From: Bacteroidales bacterium
GTDB taxonomy: Bacteria; Bacteroidota; Bacteroidia; Bacteroidales; JAAUTT01
Length of the DNA stretch: 62,181 bases
Assembly (NCBI GenBank): GCA_025361285.1
Contig: JANYAP010000017.1
Location: forward strand, 1 to 62,181
Direction of reading: 5' to 3'
How positions within the stretch are numbered: the first letter of the stretch is position 1; every line of letters starts with the position of its first letter. Shown piece after piece: positions 28,436 to 37,487 of this stretch. A program made the position numbers and the translations under genes. A model generated the notes under the pieces. The model was not told where the DNA came from. It did no database searches and was given only the letters and a program-made list of their open reading frames with translations.

Positions 28436-29569
28436 ATGCATCTTCCGATGAATGAAATACGAATGGTTGACCTTAATAGTCAATACCTTAAAATAAAAAC
28501 GAAGATTGACTTGGCTATTACCGATGTAATTGAGAAAAGCGAATTTATTAATGGTTCGCAGGTTAAAGTTTTTCAAAAACAACTGGAAGATTATCTTAAC
28601 GTTAAACACGTAATTCCTTGTGGTAACGGCACCGATGCCCTTCAAATTGCTTTAATGGCACTAGGTTTAAAAGCTGGTGATGAAGTTATTACATCGAACT
28701 TTACCTTTATTGCAACACTCGAAGTTATTGCGTTACTTGGCTTGAAGCCCATTCTGGTTGACGTTGACAGCGATACTTTCAACATTTCGGTGGAAGGAAT
28801 AAAAAAAGCAATAACACCCAAAACCAAAGCAATTATTCCGGTTCATCTTTTTGGGCAATGTGCCAATATGGACGAGATATTGACAATAGCAGCCGATGCA
28901 AACCTTGCTGTTATTGAGGATGCTGCTCAAGCATTTGGAGCTAAGTATCAATTAAATAACAGTTTCGCTCATGCTGGAACTATGGGCGATATTGGCTGCA
29001 CATCATTCTTTCCGTCAAAAAACCTTGGCTGCTACGGCGACGGTGGAGCTATGTTTACTAATAACGACGAACTAGCTCAAAAAATACGTTCCATTTCCAA
29101 CCATGGCATGAAAGTGCGTTATTGTCATGACAATGTGGGTGTTAACTCGCGACTCGATACAATACAAGCTGCCGTACTAGGTGTAAAGCTCAAGTACCTA
29201 GACGACTATAATTTGGCTCGCCAAAAAGCTGCTGAGTTTTACGATAATGCCTTTTCGGGATGCCATAAAATTATTACTCCAGCGCGAAATCCGAAATCGA
29301 CTCATATTTTTCATCAATATACATTAATTATTAATGGTAAGGATAGAGATGAACTGAAAAACCAGCTTCAAACAAAGGGTATTCCTGCTATGGTTTATTA
29401 TCCTGTTGCCTTGCATGCCCAAAAAGCGTATCAATATTTAGGATATCGCGATGGCAATTTTCCGGTAACGGAACAACTTTGCAAATCGGTTATTTCGCTG
29501 CCAATGCATACCGAACTCGATGTTGAGCAGCTCAATTATATTACAAAAGCAGTTTTAGAATTTATTTAA
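28436..29569 (+). CDS. DegT/DnrJ/EryC1/StrS aminotransferase (WbpE/WlbC-like)
   Basis: [10 protein letters not shown]...[12 protein letters not shown]...[15 protein letters not shown] (PLP-Lys region). The track start at 28286 runs through non-homologous sequence, so ATG 28436 or 28448 is preferred. Confidence 0.88.
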   Translation: MHLPMNEIRMVDLNSQYLKIKTKIDLAITDVIEKSEFINGSQVKVFQKQLEDYLNVKHVIPCGNGTDALQIALMALGLKAGDEVITSNFTFIATLEVIALLGLKPILVDVDSDTFNISVEGIKKAITPKTKAIIPVHLFGQCANMDEILTIAADANLAVIEDAAQAFGAKYQLNNSFAHAGTMGDIGCTSFFPSKNLGCYGDGGAMFTNNDELAQKIRSISNHGMKVRYCHDNVGVNSRLDTIQAAVLGVKLKYLDDYNLARQKAAEFYDNAFSGCHKIITPARNPKSTHIFHQYTLIINGKDRDELKNQLQTKGIPAMVYYPVALHAQKAYQYLGYRDGNFPVTEQLCKSVISLPMHTELDVEQLNYITKAVLEFI

Positions 29570-30144
29570 TGGAGAAAGAATATTACTCGCATCAATCGGC
29601 TATAATCGACGAAGGTTGTACCATTGGCAAAGGCACTAAAGTTTGGCATTTTAGCCACATTATGAGCAATTGCATTATTGGCGAAAATTGTAATATTGGA
29701 CAAAATGTTGTGGTTTCTCCCGACGTTATTTTGGGCAACAATGTTCGCGTACAAAACAATGTATCTATCTATACTGGTGTTATTTGCGAGAACGACGTGT
29801 TTCTTGGACCATCGATGGTATTTACAAATGTTATTAATCCGCGTAGCGCAATAAGCCGTAAGGACGAATACAAAAAAACCCTTGTTGAAAAGGGCGCAAC
29901 AATTGGTGCAAACTCCACCATTGTTTGTGGAAATAAAATTGGTAATTTTGCGTTTGTAGGTGCAGGAGCTGTTGTAACTAAGGACGTTAAACCATATTCG
30001 CTTGTAATTGGCAATCCTGCAAGGCACACGGGCTGGATGAGCGAGTACGGTCAAAAACTTAACTTTAATTCGGAGGGAATTGCCGTTTGTTCCGAAAGCA
30101 AAGAACGGTATATGCTTGAAAATGGCAATGTTAATAAACTATAA
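29569..30144 (+). CDS. left-handed beta-helix N-acetyltransferase (WbpD/WlbB-like)
   Basis: Hexapeptide repeats throughout ([38 protein letters not shown]...[13 protein letters not shown]...[10 protein letters not shown]). Confidence 0.85.
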   Translation: MEKEYYSHQSAIIDEGCTIGKGTKVWHFSHIMSNCIIGENCNIGQNVVVSPDVILGNNVRVQNNVSIYTGVICENDVFLGPSMVFTNVINPRSAISRKDEYKKTLVEKGATIGANSTIVCGNKIGNFAFVGAGAVVTKDVKPYSLVIGNPARHTGWMSEYGQKLNFNSEGIAVCSESKERYMLENGNVNKL

Positions 30145-30152
30145 TATTTAAA

Positions 30153-31115
30153 ATGAATAATCCCAATCCTAAAAATTTTGCGCTAGTTGGCGCGGCTGGC
30201 TTTATAGCACCTAGGCATTTAAAGGCTATAAAAGAAACCAAGAATAACCTAGTTGCAGCACTCGATAGGTTTGATAGCGTGGGTATTATGGATAGTTTTT
30301 TCCCTAATGCCGATTTTTTTGTTGAATTTGAACGTTTCGACCGCCATATCGATAAGCTGCGGCGTACCGGAACTAAAGTAGATTACGTAAGTATTTGTTC
30401 GCCAAACTATTTGCACGATGCCCATATTCGTTTTGCACTACGCAACCAGGCCGATGCTATTTGCGAAAAGCCGCTTGTGCTAAACCCTTGGAATATTGAT
30501 GGTTTAGGCGAAATTGAAAAGGAAACAGGTAAAAAAGTTTTTAATATATTTCAACTACGTCTGCATCAGTCAATTATCGATTTAAAAGATAGAATTGAAA
30601 AAGGACCGAAAGATAAAATTTACGATATCGACCTTTCGTACATAACCAGTCGCGGGAACTGGTATCACACTTCGTGGAAAGGCGATATGTCCAAGTCGGG
30701 CGGCGTAGCTACCAATATTGGCGTTCACTTTTTCGATATGTTATCGTGGATATTCGGCGAAGTAAAAGAAAATATTGTGCATATTTCGCAACCCGACAGA
30801 GCTGCAGGCTTTATGACACTGGGTAAAGCACGCGTGCGCTGGTTTTTAAGTATCGACTATAACGACATCCCTGCTGATGTTAGAGCGAAGGGACAGCGTA
30901 CGTTTCGATCAATTACGGTTGACAACAACGATTTTGAATTTAGCGAAGGTTTTACCGACTTGCATACTAAAACGTATGAACATATCCTATCTGGAAATGG
31001 TTTTGGTTTACTTGAAGCAAAAAATGCAATCGAAACTGTGTTTGCCATTCGCAATGCCAATGCTTTGGGGTTGAAAGGCGACTATCATCCGTTTTGCAAC
31101 AATGTTAAATATTAA
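30153..31115 (+). CDS. Gfo/Idh/MocA oxidoreductase (WbpB/WlbA-like UDP-GlcNAcA 3-dehydrogenase)
   Basis: FALVGAAGFIAPRHLKAIK Rossmann start, EKPL motif, and position between the WbpD-like and WbpA-like genes. Confidence 0.8.
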   Translation: MNNPNPKNFALVGAAGFIAPRHLKAIKETKNNLVAALDRFDSVGIMDSFFPNADFFVEFERFDRHIDKLRRTGTKVDYVSICSPNYLHDAHIRFALRNQADAICEKPLVLNPWNIDGLGEIEKETGKKVFNIFQLRLHQSIIDLKDRIEKGPKDKIYDIDLSYITSRGNWYHTSWKGDMSKSGGVATNIGVHFFDMLSWIFGEVKENIVHISQPDRAAGFMTLGKARVRWFLSIDYNDIPADVRAKGQRTFRSITVDNNDFEFSEGFTDLHTKTYEHILSGNGFGLLEAKNAIETVFAIRNANALGLKGDYHPFCNNVKY

Positions 31116-31126
31116 ATAACAGTATT

Positions 31127-32413
31127 ATGATAAACGAACTCATTTCAAAAAGGGAAAAGTTAGCTTTAATTGGCCTAGGTTATGTAGGTTTACCAATTGC
31201 CCTCGAATTTGCAAAAAAGATATCGGTTATTGGCTTCGACATTAAGCCCGACAGGGTCGAAAAAATGAAAAACAAAATCGATCCCAGCGAAGAGCTCGAA
31301 TCATCGGCATTCGATGGCTGCGATATTCATTTTACTTGCGATATCGACGACCTTCGGCAAGCCAAGTTTTTTATTGTAGCCGTGCCTACACCAATCGACG
31401 ACCATAATCTTCCCGATTTAACGCCACTGCTAAAAGCTACCGAAACAGTTGCTAAAGTATTGAAAAAGGGTGATTATGTGGTTTATGAATCAACCGTTTA
31501 CCCATCGTGCACCGAGGAGGATTGTATTCCAGTACTCGAAAAAATATCGGGGTTAACATATATTAAAGATTTTAAGGTTGGTTTTTCGCCCGAGCGAATT
31601 AATCCTGGCGATAAGGAACATACTCTTACTAAGATAGTTAAAGTAGTTTCGGGTTGCGATGCCGAATCGCTCGATAACATTGCAAAAACCTACGAGCTTG
31701 TGGTTCAAGCTGGTGTTTACCGTGCTAGCTCAATTAAAGTAGCCGAAGCAGCTAAAATTATCGAAAATACCCAGCGCGACATCAATATCGCTTTCATGAA
31801 CGAATTGTCGCTTATATTTAACAAATTAGGAATCAACACCTTCGAAGTTTTAGAAGCGGCTGGCACAAAATGGAACTTCTTAAAGTTTTTCCCAGGATTG
31901 GTTGGCGGACATTGCATAGGCGTTGATCCTTACTACCTGTACTATAAGGCTAAAGAACTTGGAATACACGCCCAGATAATTAATGCTGGTCGTTCGATAA
32001 ACGACTCTATGGCCGAACATATTGCTGTACAAACAGTTAAAAAGATGATTGCTGCCGGAAAAACAATTAACTCATCGCGAGTATTGGTAATGGGCGCAAC
32101 TTTTAAGGAAAACGTTAGCGATATACGAAATTCGAAAGTAGCCGATATTGTTCACGAACTTACATCGTTCGGTGTAACTGTGGATATTACTGACCCTTAT
32201 GCCGATTCGGACCACCTAAAACACGAGTATGGTTTCGGTCTTGCCAAACCATCGGGCAAATACGATGCTATTATATTAGCAGTAAATCACGTTGATTATG
32301 TGAGCTATACCGAAGAATACTTTAACAATCTTAGCACCGAAAACGGTATATTTGTTGACGTTAAAGGAATATTTCGCAACAAAATAAATAAATTAACATA
32401 TTGGAGTTTATAA
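31127..32413 (+). CDS. UDP-N-acetyl-hexosamine 6-dehydrogenase (WbpA/TviB/WecC-type nucleotide-sugar dehydrogenase)
   Basis: IGLGYVGLP NAD fold and the GGHCI catalytic Cys motif. 428 aa. Confidence 0.85.
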   Translation: MINELISKREKLALIGLGYVGLPIALEFAKKISVIGFDIKPDRVEKMKNKIDPSEELESSAFDGCDIHFTCDIDDLRQAKFFIVAVPTPIDDHNLPDLTPLLKATETVAKVLKKGDYVVYESTVYPSCTEEDCIPVLEKISGLTYIKDFKVGFSPERINPGDKEHTLTKIVKVVSGCDAESLDNIAKTYELVVQAGVYRASSIKVAEAAKIIENTQRDINIAFMNELSLIFNKLGINTFEVLEAAGTKWNFLKFFPGLVGGHCIGVDPYYLYYKAKELGIHAQIINAGRSINDSMAEHIAVQTVKKMIAAGKTINSSRVLVMGATFKENVSDIRNSKVADIVHELTSFGVTVDITDPYADSDHLKHEYGFGLAKPSGKYDAIILAVNHVDYVSYTEEYFNNLSTENGIFVDVKGIFRNKINKLTYWSL

Positions 32414-32416
32414 ATA

Positions 32417-33445
32417 ATGGGAAAGAAAAAAATATTAGTTACCGGAGGCACAGGCTATATTGGTTCGCACACAGCAGTGGAGCTTATTAACGAAGGCTTC
32501 GACGTTATAATTGTCGATAATTTGTCGAACTCATCGGCCGATTCGCTCGACGGAGTTGAAAAAATAACAGGCACACGCCCCGAATTCGAAAAATTCGACC
32601 TTTGCGATAAAGCAAAAGTGATAGATTTCTTCAATAAACATGGTGATATTGAAGCAATTATACATTTTGCAGCATCTAAAGCAGTTGGCGAATCGGTTGA
32701 TAAACCGTTGTTGTATTACCAAAACAATTTGAACTCGCTTATCAACTTGTTAGAAGTGATGAATGCGAAGCCGTCTATTAGTTTGGTTTTCAGTTCGTCG
32801 TGCACCGTTTATGGTCAGCCCGAAAAATTGCCAGTTACCGAGGATGCTCCAATACAAAAGGCTACATCGCCTTATGGCAATACAAAGCAAATTGCCGAGG
32901 AAATTATTCAGGAAACAATTGCCGCCAACCCATCGATGAAAGCAATCGCGCTACGCTACTTCAACCCAATTGGAGCGCATGCAACGGCATTAATTGGCGA
33001 GTTACCTATTGGCGTACCGCAAAACCTTGTTCCGTTTGTAACACAAACAGCTATTGGTTTGCGTAACGAATTGAAGGTGTTCGGCAACGACTATAATACC
33101 CCCGATGGTTCGTGTATTCGCGATTATATTCATGTTGTGGATTTGGCTAAAGCTCACGTAGTTGCTATAAAGCGACTAATAGAAAGTAAGAACAAAAGGA
33201 ATTTCGAATTATTCAATTTGGGCACTGGTAGAGGCGTTTCGGTACTCGAATTACTTAATGCTTTCGAAAAATCGACTGGCGTAAAGGTTAATTATAAGAT
33301 AGTTGAGCGTCGACCTGGCGATATTGAACAAGTATGGGCCGACACAAAATTTGCAAACGACGAACTTGGCTGGAAAGCTCAAAGCACACTCGATGAAACC
33401 ATTCTTTCGGCTTGGAACTGGGAAAAACATTATCGAAATAAATAA
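32417..33445 (+). CDS. galE: UDP-glucose 4-epimerase
   Basis: ILVTGGTGYIGSH, SSSCTVYG, and YGNTK (YxxxK). 342 aa. Confidence 0.9.
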   Translation: MGKKKILVTGGTGYIGSHTAVELINEGFDVIIVDNLSNSSADSLDGVEKITGTRPEFEKFDLCDKAKVIDFFNKHGDIEAIIHFAASKAVGESVDKPLLYYQNNLNSLINLLEVMNAKPSISLVFSSSCTVYGQPEKLPVTEDAPIQKATSPYGNTKQIAEEIIQETIAANPSMKAIALRYFNPIGAHATALIGELPIGVPQNLVPFVTQTAIGLRNELKVFGNDYNTPDGSCIRDYIHVVDLAKAHVVAIKRLIESKNKRNFELFNLGTGRGVSVLELLNAFEKSTGVKVNYKIVERRPGDIEQVWADTKFANDELGWKAQSTLDETILSAWNWEKHYRNK

Positions 33446-33471
33446 CTAAATTTGCATTAAATATAGTTTTT

Positions 33472-33717
33472 ATGGCTGAGCTTATCCAATATACTAATAC
33501 GGCAAAAAGTCAATTTCCTAACGAATGGTTGTTAATCGGTGATCCTCAATATGTTAATTCTATTGTAATAGGTGGATATATACTTTACCATAGTAAGGAC
33601 AAAAAGGAAGTTTGTTACATTGGAAGAGATAAAACATCGAATTTCTCGAAAATTACTTTGGTTTTCACTGGCGATTTAAAAGCAAATCGTAGAAATGGAA
33701 TACTAAAGCGAATATGA
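33472..33717 (+). CDS. small hypothetical protein (81 aa; possibly DUF5678-like)
   Basis: Its stop overlaps the next ATG (ATGA at 33714-33717). The ...EWLLIGDP...GGYILYHSKDKKEV pattern resembles small proteins I recall as DUF5678. Visibly more AT-rich than galE and rfbB. Confidence 0.5.
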   Translation: MAELIQYTNTAKSQFPNEWLLIGDPQYVNSIVIGGYILYHSKDKKEVCYIGRDKTSNFSKITLVFTGDLKANRRNGILKRI

Positions 33718-34106
33718 AAATATTTGATATTGAATTACCTGACGAGAATAGTATATTGATAGTTGATGTAGTTATCGAGGATAAATTTGAATTTCGATTA
33801 GCGCTTGACACTGCTGCAACCCATACAACTATTGATAGTAATATACTTTTTTTGGCAGGATACGAACTGAAAGATTCCATAAAGGAAGTGGAAGTAGAGA
33901 CTGCTAATGGTATAATAATTAACGAAATATATAAAATTTATAAAATTGATTGTCTAGGTATTGTTAAACTCGATTTTAACGTTCAAGTTTATGATTTCCT
34001 TGCACATGGCATAACATCAGATTATGATGGAGTTATAGGATTAGACTTTTTACGAGGTTCATCAGTTACACTCGATTTTAAGCAAAATAAAATTAAAGTC
34101 GATTAA
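33714..34106 (+). CDS. retropepsin-like (clan AA) aspartic protease domain protein
   Basis: 130 aa. It has LALDTAATHTTID (D-T-A-A in place of the canonical D-T/S-G-A) and a C-terminal GVIGLDFL motif. Confidence 0.65.
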   Translation: MKIFDIELPDENSILIVDVVIEDKFEFRLALDTAATHTTIDSNILFLAGYELKDSIKEVEVETANGIIINEIYKIYKIDCLGIVKLDFNVQVYDFLAHGITSDYDGVIGLDFLRGSSVTLDFKQNKIKVD

Positions 34107-34165
34107 GTATGTTGCCATCAAATATTTAACCGAAATTTTTTTATCTATAAGCAAAAACACATTTT

Positions 34166-35221
34166 ATGTCGAAAACAATTATCATTACTGGAGGCGCCGG
34201 ATTTATTGGCTCGCACGTTGTTAGGCTTTTTGTAACTAAACACCCCGATTATAAAATAGTTAACCTCGATAAACTTACTTATGCAGGTAACCTCGAGAAT
34301 TTGAAGGACATAGACAAATTACCTAATTACGAATTTGTAAAAGCCGATATTACTGATGTTGACGCTATTAGAGCAGTATTTACCAAATATAAACCCGATG
34401 GAATAATTCATTTGGCGGCCGAATCGCACGTCGATAGGTCGATTACGAACCCTATGGAATTTATTCAAACAAACATTGTTGGTACGGTAGTTTTGCTAAA
34501 TGCTGCCCGCGAACTGTGGAAGGACAACATGGAAGGTAAACGCTTTTACCACATATCCACCGACGAGGTTTACGGTTCGCTTGGCGAAACTGGCTTGTTT
34601 ACCGAAACAACATCGTACGATCCGCGTAGCCCTTATTCATCGTCGAAAGCTAGTGCCGACCATTTGGTTCGTGCATATTTCCATACATATAAGCTGCCAA
34701 CGGTGGTGTCGAATTGTTCAAACAATTACGGAGCGAATCATTTTCCGGAGAAGCTTATACCGCTATCAATCAATAATATAAAAAACAACAAGCCAATTCC
34801 TATTTATGGGAAAGGCGAAAACGTACGCGATTGGCTGTATGTGGTTGATCATGCACGTGCTATCGATGTTATTTTCCATAAAGGCATTATTGGCGAGACA
34901 TATAACATAGGAGGCAACAACGAGTGGACCAATATAGATCTTATACACCTTCTGTGTAAGATTATGGATAAGAAGCTAAACCGCCCAGCTGGAACTTCCG
35001 AAAAACTAATTACTTACGTTAAAGACAGAGCTGGCCACGATTTGCGCTATGCTATCGATTCTTCGAAGCTGCAAAGCGAATTGGGCTGGACACCATCGTT
35101 ACAATTTGAAGAAGGTCTCGAAAAAACTGTCGATTGGTATCTTGCCAACGATGAATGGCTACAAAACGTTGTTTCGGGCGGATACGAAAAATACTACCAA
35201 AAACAATACGTTCAGCGATAG
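34166..35221 (+). CDS. rfbB: dTDP-glucose 4,6-dehydratase
   Basis: IIITGGAGFIGSH, STDEVYG, and YSSSKASADHLV. Confidence 0.92.
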   Translation: MSKTIIITGGAGFIGSHVVRLFVTKHPDYKIVNLDKLTYAGNLENLKDIDKLPNYEFVKADITDVDAIRAVFTKYKPDGIIHLAAESHVDRSITNPMEFIQTNIVGTVVLLNAARELWKDNMEGKRFYHISTDEVYGSLGETGLFTETTSYDPRSPYSSSKASADHLVRAYFHTYKLPTVVSNCSNNYGANHFPEKLIPLSINNIKNNKPIPIYGKGENVRDWLYVVDHARAIDVIFHKGIIGETYNIGGNNEWTNIDLIHLLCKIMDKKLNRPAGTSEKLITYVKDRAGHDLRYAIDSSKLQSELGWTPSLQFEEGLEKTVDWYLANDEWLQNVVSGGYEKYYQKQYVQR

Positions 35222-35311
35222 AGATTTGAATGTGTTCGAAACATTACAGCTCTTGGGTCATTAGTTGGTAATCAGCTATTTGGTTTTGAAAAGCGTAATT
35301 AAATCGAGAAT

Positions 35312-36003
35312 ATGAAAAGAAAATCTGCATTGATTTTTACGGCACTGATTTTAGTTGTTGTATTTTATGGGTGTAAAAAGGATAGTGATGAAATAAAAGG
35401 ACTTGAAACGGGAACTGTTATCGATGTTGATGGAAATACATATAAAACAGTAAAGATTGGTTTTCAATGGTGGATGGCTGAAAACTTGCTCGTGGCACAT
35501 TTTCGAAATGGTGAAGTGATACCAGAGATTCTTGGAAATAGTAATTGGCTATCATCGACAACAGGTGCTAGATGTACTTATGAAAATGATTCGAAGAATG
35601 ATTCCATTTACGGGAAATTATATAATTTCTATGCAATCGCTGATAGTAGGAATTTATGCCCTGTTGGGTGGCATGTTCCTGCAAATTCCGAATGGGATGC
35701 TTTGGATCAAGTGTTGGTCGAAACACTTCACTAGGCGGAAAATTGAAAGAGGTTAGTTTTGATCACTGGCGTAGTCCCAACACGTGAGCAACTAATGAAA
35801 CCGGATTCTCCGCACTTCCAGGAGGAAAGCGCTTCTATCTTGGATCGTTTGACAGCAAAGGATATAATGGCTATTGGTGGTCATCATCAGCGGCAAATGA
35901 CTCAATGGCGTGGTATCGAAGTTTATCTTATGGATTTTCAAGAATAGATGGAGATGCTAATTATAAACGATTTGGATATAGTATTCGCTGCGTAAAGGAT
36001 TGA
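35312..36003 (+). pseudogene. FISUMP (Fibrobacter succinogenes major paralogous domain) lipoprotein, disrupted by one frameshift and one in-frame TGA
   Basis: Lipobox VFYGC-KK. DGNTYKTVKIGFQWWMAENL...YGKLYNFYA...CPVGWHVPANSEWDAL, then the frame is lost near 35716. The frame beginning at 35728 continues SLGGKLKEVSFDHWRSPNT-TGA(35785)-ATNETGFSALPGGKRF...GYWWSSS...GYSIRCVKD, with the stop at 36001. Confidence 0.8.
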
Positions 36004-36045
36004 TAATAAATAACGTCCGCCAACATTGTCTCATAAAGTTCATGG

Positions 36046-36173
36046 TAAATTTATAATTATTCAATTTCCACGTATTTGTAATACGTTGAAATATAAAAAT
36101 ATTTCAACTTGTTGATGTGTGTTTCAACTTGTTAATATTTAACAAGTTACAAAATTTTACCGAAGTATTGTTA
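36046..36173 (+). repeat. Intergenic repeat family A, copy 2
   Basis: TAAATTTATAATTATTCAATTTCCACGTATTTGTAATACGTTGAAAT...ATATTTCAACTTGTTGATGTGTGTTTCAACTTGTTAATATTTAACAAGTTACAAAATTTTACCGAAGTATTGTTA. It lies between two convergent gene ends. Confidence 0.85.
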
Positions 36174-36189
36174 TATGTTGATATAATAT

Positions 36190-37335
36190 TTATACAACTT
36201 GTTGATATAGTATCTGTTTCGATAGAATATCCGACTCAACTATCTGATTTTTTATCGATTCGGCATTATATTCGGTAATAAGTTCGTCGATTACTTCGGC
36301 AACGTGCTGTATTTTAGTTGCTCTAAATGCTTTAGCACCAGCAAAAGCGAATCCTTCATCCATTTTACCTCGTGCCGAATTAAACAATACTTGTGCAATA
36401 CAATATGGAGCAACCTTATAGTTACACGAACTCAAACAATGCCAAACACATTTAAAGGGTTTAGTATTACCTAATTGCACCTGATTAACAAATTCGTTTC
36501 GAATTACTCTGCCTGGTAAACCTACAGGGCTGTTTATAATAGTTATATCGTCCTCATTATTAGCTGAAATGTAACTTTTCTTAAATTCTAAATCAGCATC
36601 GCATTCGTGGGTAGTAACAAAACGTGTTCCTAATTTAACTCCCTTTGCACCAGCCTGCATAATGTCGAACATATCCTTTCCGGTATATATGCCGCCGGCT
36701 GCTATAACTGGAACTTCCTTACCGAACTGATTTTCGAATATACGAACCTCATTAACAGTTTCTTCTATCAGCTTCTTTAAAGGAACAACATTGCCAGTTA
36801 ATTCTTCTTTTTTGAAGCCTAAATGCCCACCAGCCAAAGGACCTTCAACCACCACGGCGTCGGGTATAATGTTATATTTGTTTGCCCAATATTGAAAGAT
36901 AAGCTTGGCGGCTTTGGCCGACGATACTTTAATGGCTAACTTAGTGTGCTTATTTAGCAAGCCAGCCTCAATAAGCATTGCAGGAATTTTCAATGGTAAA
37001 CCAGCTCCCATTATCACAATATCTATTTTCTCTTCCACGGCAACCTTAATCAGTTGCTCATGGTCGGTAAGCGCCATCATTATATTTACGCCAATTACGC
37101 CGTTTGTAAGGCTTCGTGCCCGTTGAATTTCTTTGCGTAGTGCGCGTTTGTTGGCTTCGCGGAAGTTTTTAATGTAATCGGGCTCGCGCATTCCAATGCC
37201 TGCCGCCGAAATTACACCTACGCCACCTTCGTTTGCTACTGCCGAAGCTAACCCCGATAATGAAATTGCAACACCCATTCCACCCTGAAAAATAGGGAGT
37301 TTTAATTTAATATCTCCAATTTGTAATGTGCCCAT
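36190..37335 (-). CDS. nitronate monooxygenase / FabK-like FMN-dependent oxidoreductase
   Basis: PIFQGGMGVAIS...GGVGVISA...GPLAGGHLG...AAGGIYTG TIM-barrel FMN motifs, plus a Cys-rich C-terminal extension (CVWHCLSSC). Confidence 0.8.
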   Translation of the reverse strand: MGTLQIGDIKLKLPIFQGGMGVAISLSGLASAVANEGGVGVISAAGIGMREPDYIKNFREANKRALRKEIQRARSLTNGVIGVNIMMALTDHEQLIKVAVEEKIDIVIMGAGLPLKIPAMLIEAGLLNKHTKLAIKVSSAKAAKLIFQYWANKYNIIPDAVVVEGPLAGGHLGFKKEELTGNVVPLKKLIEETVNEVRIFENQFGKEVPVIAAGGIYTGKDMFDIMQAGAKGVKLGTRFVTTHECDADLEFKKSYISANNEDDITIINSPVGLPGRVIRNEFVNQVQLGNTKPFKCVWHCLSSCNYKVAPYCIAQVLFNSARGKMDEGFAFAGAKAFRATKIQHVAEVIDELITEYNAESIKNQIVESDILSKQILYQQVV

Positions 37336-37487
37336 ACCAATATTATGTGTAAAATATTTCGCGAAATTAGGGTTAACAATTTCAGGAATAAAATAATAGG
37401 GTTTAAAAGGCGTTATATAGGGATAAACACCAGTTTTAGGGACGAAAAAACGCTATACAGAAGTGGATGAAACGCTGGGGAGGATTT

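Noticed and set aside
29566-30054. 162-aa minus-strand ORF opposite the WbpD-like acetyltransferase, and the many other 60-180 aa antisense ORFs inside long genes (for example 2240-3605, 4397-4927, 5270-6136, 16849-17196, 40080-40445)
   Set aside because: They are shadow ORFs of strongly supported genes on the other strand, with odd composition (Cys/Asn/Ile-rich) and no motifs.
35785-35787. In-frame TGA at a conserved Gly position of the FISUMP gene as possible TGA-to-Gly recoding
   Set aside because: TGA clearly terminates other well-supported genes here (for example 5067-5069, 18049-18051, 36001-36003). The same gene also carries a frameshift, so a nonsense mutation is the simple explanation.
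231-36173. Family-A copies 1 and 2 as attL/attR of a 36-kb integrated element
   Set aside because: There is no integrase, excisionase or conjugation gene. The interval contains core genes (trmD). The copies are only about 80% identical, and a third inverted copy exists.
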